Source of the DNA: Rhizaria sp. SCN 62-66
Lineage: Eukaryota
Reading direction: 5' to 3'
NCBI GenBank assembly: GCA_001724265.1
Contig: MEDY01000201.1
Location: forward strand, 1 to 52,738
Length of the DNA: 52,738 nucleotides
Below, in pieces: positions 48,949-52,738 of the stretch. A program made the translations under genes and the position numbers. Positions within the stretch are counted from its first letter, which is position 1; every line of letters begins with the position of its first letter. The notes below the pieces were generated by a model that worked only from the letters and a program-made list of their open reading frames with translations, was not told the DNA's origin and did not search any database.

Positions 48949-50094
48949 TCATTTTGTATTGGTATCATTTGATGCGATCACATGGATGGGATACCACTGA
49001 CCTTGAAACATAAAGCCATGTACCGTCTTCTCAGTGTCTCTCTCTCTCTGCGTCGCTTCTGTAGCTGTGATGGCATCACTGTGGGAGCTCGATACAGCTC
49101 CAAACTCACCGCGCACAAGCCTCTGCACAAGCGCACTGGATATGAGCCCGTTTCGCCAACGCCACGCACTGCCCAGCTCTGAAGAAACATCGCCGTGACT
49201 CAACCGTTCAGGACCGGCATGTGCGGCAGCGTCGGCGTTGCCTGTGATCCCTTTCGTAACAATAACTTCTTCCAACGCTTCATGCGCCGTAGAGACAGTG
49301 GATGCAGAGTTTCTGCGTGCGCTGTGTCCTGGGGAGCCAGTGGGAGTGTCAGCGACTGTCACAGTGGTATCGACAGCGAGGGGCGATTGCAGCGGGTGCC
49401 ATACGCGGCCCACAGCGTCCATGCACACAGCTGTGGGGTCAAACCGTGACGTTAGGCCGCCCGCAAACTGCAGCTCCCATGGTAGTGCTCTTGGGGATGA
49501 CACCGCGGTCCCGGAGACTGCAGAGGCGGCTGATGCACTTGAGGAGTCAGTAACGGGTTTGAGGTCGGTGAAGACGATGGGCGCGGTGTAGACCGAAACC
49601 CAGTTGAGTTCGGTACCACACACGCTCACGTACGGGTAGCGCGCGAAGTAGGTGTCGAGCTCTGCCGGGAGCTCGTTGAGAGCAGGGGCGACAGGAGAGG
49701 GCTTAAGCTTGGCAGCTCCGCGCGCGAGACGACGCTGCCACCAGACTCGAGAAGGCAGCAGCCGGGTGAAGAAAAAGTCGAGGAACTTGGTGTCTTTGAA
49801 CGCAGTGGCAATGGTGCGACGCGGAGTTAGCTCGGAGTACAGCCGGCCGTTGTCATCCACCACAAAGCGGTAATGGCGCTCAGTATCGGGGCCCGACAAA
49901 AGCAATGTCGATGGCAGTGATGAAGTGTCGCACGACAAAGGGTGGCCAGTGTGCGTTGTAGTGAAGCGTCTAGCATGTGGCATTGAACCATATAATACAG
50001 TGCTACGTGTTCGTGCTAGAAAACATGTTAATGACAACATTATACCTTGGAAACTTGATGATAACCGTCTGAATAATTCTGACCACAAATTCAT
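48949..50094 (-). CDS. UPF0598 / C8orf82-like protein; start may be the ATG at 50040
   Basis: RHYRFVVDDNGRLY..TAFKDTKFLDFFFTRL, YPYVSVCGTELNWV..PIVFTDL, FDP..GRVWHP, GLISSAL and FMFQGQWY match the family pattern. The N-terminus is Arg/Ser-rich. TGA stop. Confidence 0.85.
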   Translation of the reverse strand: MNLWSELFRRLSSSFQGIMLSLTCFLARTRSTVLYGSMPHARRFTTTHTGHPLSCDTSSLPSTLLLSGPDTERHYRFVVDDNGRLYSELTPRRTIATAFKDTKFLDFFFTRLLPSRVWWQRRLARGAAKLKPSPVAPALNELPAELDTYFARYPYVSVCGTELNWVSVYTAPIVFTDLKPVTDSSSASAASAVSGTAVSSPRALPWELQFAGGLTSRFDPTAVCMDAVGRVWHPLQSPLAVDTTVTVADTPTGSPGHSARRNSASTVSTAHEALEEVIVTKGITGNADAAAHAGPERLSHGDVSSELGSAWRWRNGLISSALVQRLVRGEFGAVSSSHSDAITATEATQRERDTEKTVHGFMFQGQWYPIHVIASNDTNTK

Positions 50095-50347
50095 CTGTCA
50101 GACGATTTGACCTCGTAGACCTTGATTGCATATTTTTTCCGATGTGTCAACGCAATAACTTATCCGACAAACGCATTTTCAGCATGCTTTATGAATGTTA
50201 GACCCGATTTAAAATATAATGTGAATGTAAAACCTGATAAAATTCATATGTAGTGCTTATATAAACCTCCGAGCGCAAACTCACCCCCTCCTCGCTTGCC
50301 CCCCTTCGTAATGCATTCGTTAAACAGCAGCAGCTCGACTTAAAGTC

Positions 50348-50863
50348 ATGAGCAGCTCTCGCAACACGCACCCCGGCCTGGCGGAGCTTCGCGCCAAGGT
50401 GGACGCCACGCTGCAGGCGCCTGATGTGCGTTCTGACGACGCGCAGCTGTGTCGTTTCCTCCGCGCGCGCGAGGGTGACGTTGCTGCTGCGTTTGCTATG
50501 TGGTCCAAGTGGGTCTCCTGGCGGGCCGCCGAGGGGCTCGACGGACTTGTGTACGACGACATTTGCGACGAATACGAGTGGGGCCGCGCGTTCTGGCACG
50601 GCCGAGACAAGGCCGGTCGTCTGTGCGTTGTCGCGCAGCCGCGGTTCCACTATCCCGCCTATTCGCGCTCGCAGAGTTTCGTGCGTTTCGGCATTTACAT
50701 CATGGAACAGGCCACGCGCATGTTTGCCGGCGGGCCAAAGGAGTTGCTCTCTGCAGAGCACCGCGACGACGACGCCGGCGTTGGCTCCAGTGCCCGCAGC
50801 GGTGTTGATAGTAACAGCAACGCCATGAACAGTGCGAGCTCCCTCAACTCCAACAGCAACAGC

Positions 50864-50933
<70 letters not shown>

Positions 50934-52463
50934 GTAGCGAAGCCAACAAGCACGCCGCCCCCGCCTACTCAGAGGCACTTGCACAGACTGCTATCGAGGG
51001 CGCGGCATCCAAGGACGCCGTCACGTCACCTCTAGAAGTTGTCGCGGAGGCAAACGCTGAGACTGACGACAACAGCAGCGTTGAACTGCAGGACCCCACT
51101 TCGCCAGCCGTGGTAGACTCAACATCCGACTTGTTCTCACCGCTGCCGCCGCCTGCGTACGCTGACGAGTTCCCCGAGTCCACGGCGTCCCCCAGCTCTG
51201 GGTCCGAGGCTGAGGACGGCGAGCCCGCGGTGAAGCAGATTTGCCTGATTTACGACCGTCTAGGCATGGTGACGAGCAACATGGACACGTCGCTAATGTC
51301 CACGATGCGCGACCTCACCGTCCTTATGCAAGACTGCTACGCAGAGTTCCTCGGCAAGGTATACTTTCTCAACGCATCCACGGCATTCTGGGTCATTTAT
51401 AAGATCATCTCGCCGTTTCTGTCGCAGAAGACCAAGGATAAGTTCATCTTTTGCCGCTCTGTGGCTGAATTGCGCAACCACTTCGATGTTGCTCAGCTGC
51501 TTCCTGTGCATGGGGGCGCGTCTTGCTACACCTTCCCGCACCGCCGCGTACGTTCACTGTGAAAATGATTCCTGTGTAGATTATCATCCTCTTCCTTTCT
51601 TTTTCACTTCTTGCCTGCGGCATGTGTTGCTCTTCAGTGTTTTGCTAATCTATAATATCTGTTGTTGTGTTTCTTTGCATCTGCGCACGCAGCCGCCGAC
51701 CGAGGCGAAGAGCTCATTCCCGCTCCTGGGGCCCGGCGCGGGGCAGCTGATCAACTGCGACATGTTCATGACGCCGGAGACTGCGGACGCCATCGATTTC
51801 CCCGTGCTCACGGCCTCCGCAGGCAACGCCGCCACTGCAGTGCTACCGGTCCCCATCCCTGTTGGCGATAACAGCCCCGATGGAGACGACGTTGACGACG
51901 CCAACGACACCTCCTCTGCGCCCGGTGCGAGCGCAAAGAAGGGCCGGTGCGTCGCGTTGTATCTGCGCGGCGCCAGCTCCGGCGCGGGCGTGTGCTCCGG
52001 TCTGACGGCGACGTGGCACCCTCTGCCGCTCTGCCCGCTGCAGGGCGGCGCCGCGCCCTCGCCCTTCACCGGCACAGTCGCCGGCGTCGCGGCGCTGCCG
52101 GTGCCGGATACCTTCGCGGCTGTGGCCGCTGCCGCGGCCGCCGCGACGGGCGCGCCCGCGGCGGGGTCGGGCTCCGCGGTGTACGCGGCGTCGCCCTGGG
52201 AGCGCCGCTGGGCGGGCGCGGAGGGCGCGGGCGACGCGGCGTACCACCGCGCGCTCCGGGGCGTCGAGGCCACCGAGACGCTCTCGGCAACTGAGCCCAC
52301 GGTCGTATATGACAGCGCGAACCGCACGAAGGAGGACTGCGAGCGCGTGGTTTTCCGCGTCCCGGGCCCGGGGACGCTGGCGATCTGCATCGATAACGCC
52401 GGCTCGTGGATTCGCGGCAAAACCGCGCGTTACTACGTTCGCGTGGCGCCCGCCGACGTGTGA
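50348..52463 (+). CDS. Sec14/CRAL-TRIO lipid-binding protein with C-terminal GOLD-like domain; exons 50348-51547 and 51693-52463, about 656 aa
   Basis: DDAQLCRFLRAREGDV..W..WR, GRDKAGR, QDCYAEFLGKVYFLNA..YKIISPFLSQKTKDKF, LLPVHGG. A phase-0 GTACGT..CAG intron lies at 51548-51692. The GOLD-type end reads GTLAICIDNAGSWIRGKTARY. TGA stop. Confidence 0.9.
50864..50932 (+). repeat. (AAC)23 perfect coding microsatellite (poly-Asn)
   Basis: Read directly inside the CRAL-TRIO domain insertion. Confidence 0.95.
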
Positions 52464-52738
52464 GTGGGAAACTACTTTCACAGCGCGCAAAATGCGTCGA
52501 TGTGAGCATTTGTTCTTTCATATCATGATGTAAATATAAGTTGGTCGTTTCAATAGTCGTGATCCCAGATGCTGACTTTATCGTTGTCAGTTCTCCTTTG
52601 AAAGGCCAGTTAAACGACTTAGGGGAGCGTTTAATACATCATACATGTAACCCCTATGTAGCGTCAACTAAAAAACGCCAAAAACGCAGTTTTCGGCAGG
52701 TAACTTCCACAATAGAAATCTCTGTGAAATAATCGTCA

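Noticed and set aside
1-52738. Suppressor tRNA(CUA), other tRNA/rRNA, CRISPR array or transposon
   Set aside because: No cloverleaf, repeat-spacer array, terminal repeats or transposase/RT motifs were seen by eye.

Overview
Gene-dense nuclear DNA of a mitochondriate microbial eukaryote. Coding regions are GC-rich, spacers are short and AT-richer, and the few GT-AG introns I could place confidently are 89-196 nt. About eleven genes are readable: a partial type II membrane protein, PDI, an intron-bearing phosphonoacetate hydrolase (PhnA)-like protein with a mitochondrial-type presequence, a 3665-aa DEP-DEP/PP2A-B55 fusion, a MORN fragment, a ~5800-aa giant (LRR plus two SLOG-like/pseudo-cyclase units), a presequence-bearing CK2 alpha, a TopoVIB-like gene head-to-head with a RAD21/REC8 kleisin, a C8orf82/UPF0598 protein and a Sec14-GOLD protein. 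The main signal is the behaviour of TAG. Four isolated in-frame TAG codons interrupt otherwise continuous frames in two genes, one inside a conserved TopoVIB motif, while all nine genes with a defined end stop at TAA or TGA. This points to a variant nuclear code or systematic recoding in which UAG is sense while UAA and UGA remain stops. All family calls come from motif recognition by eye; no searches were run.
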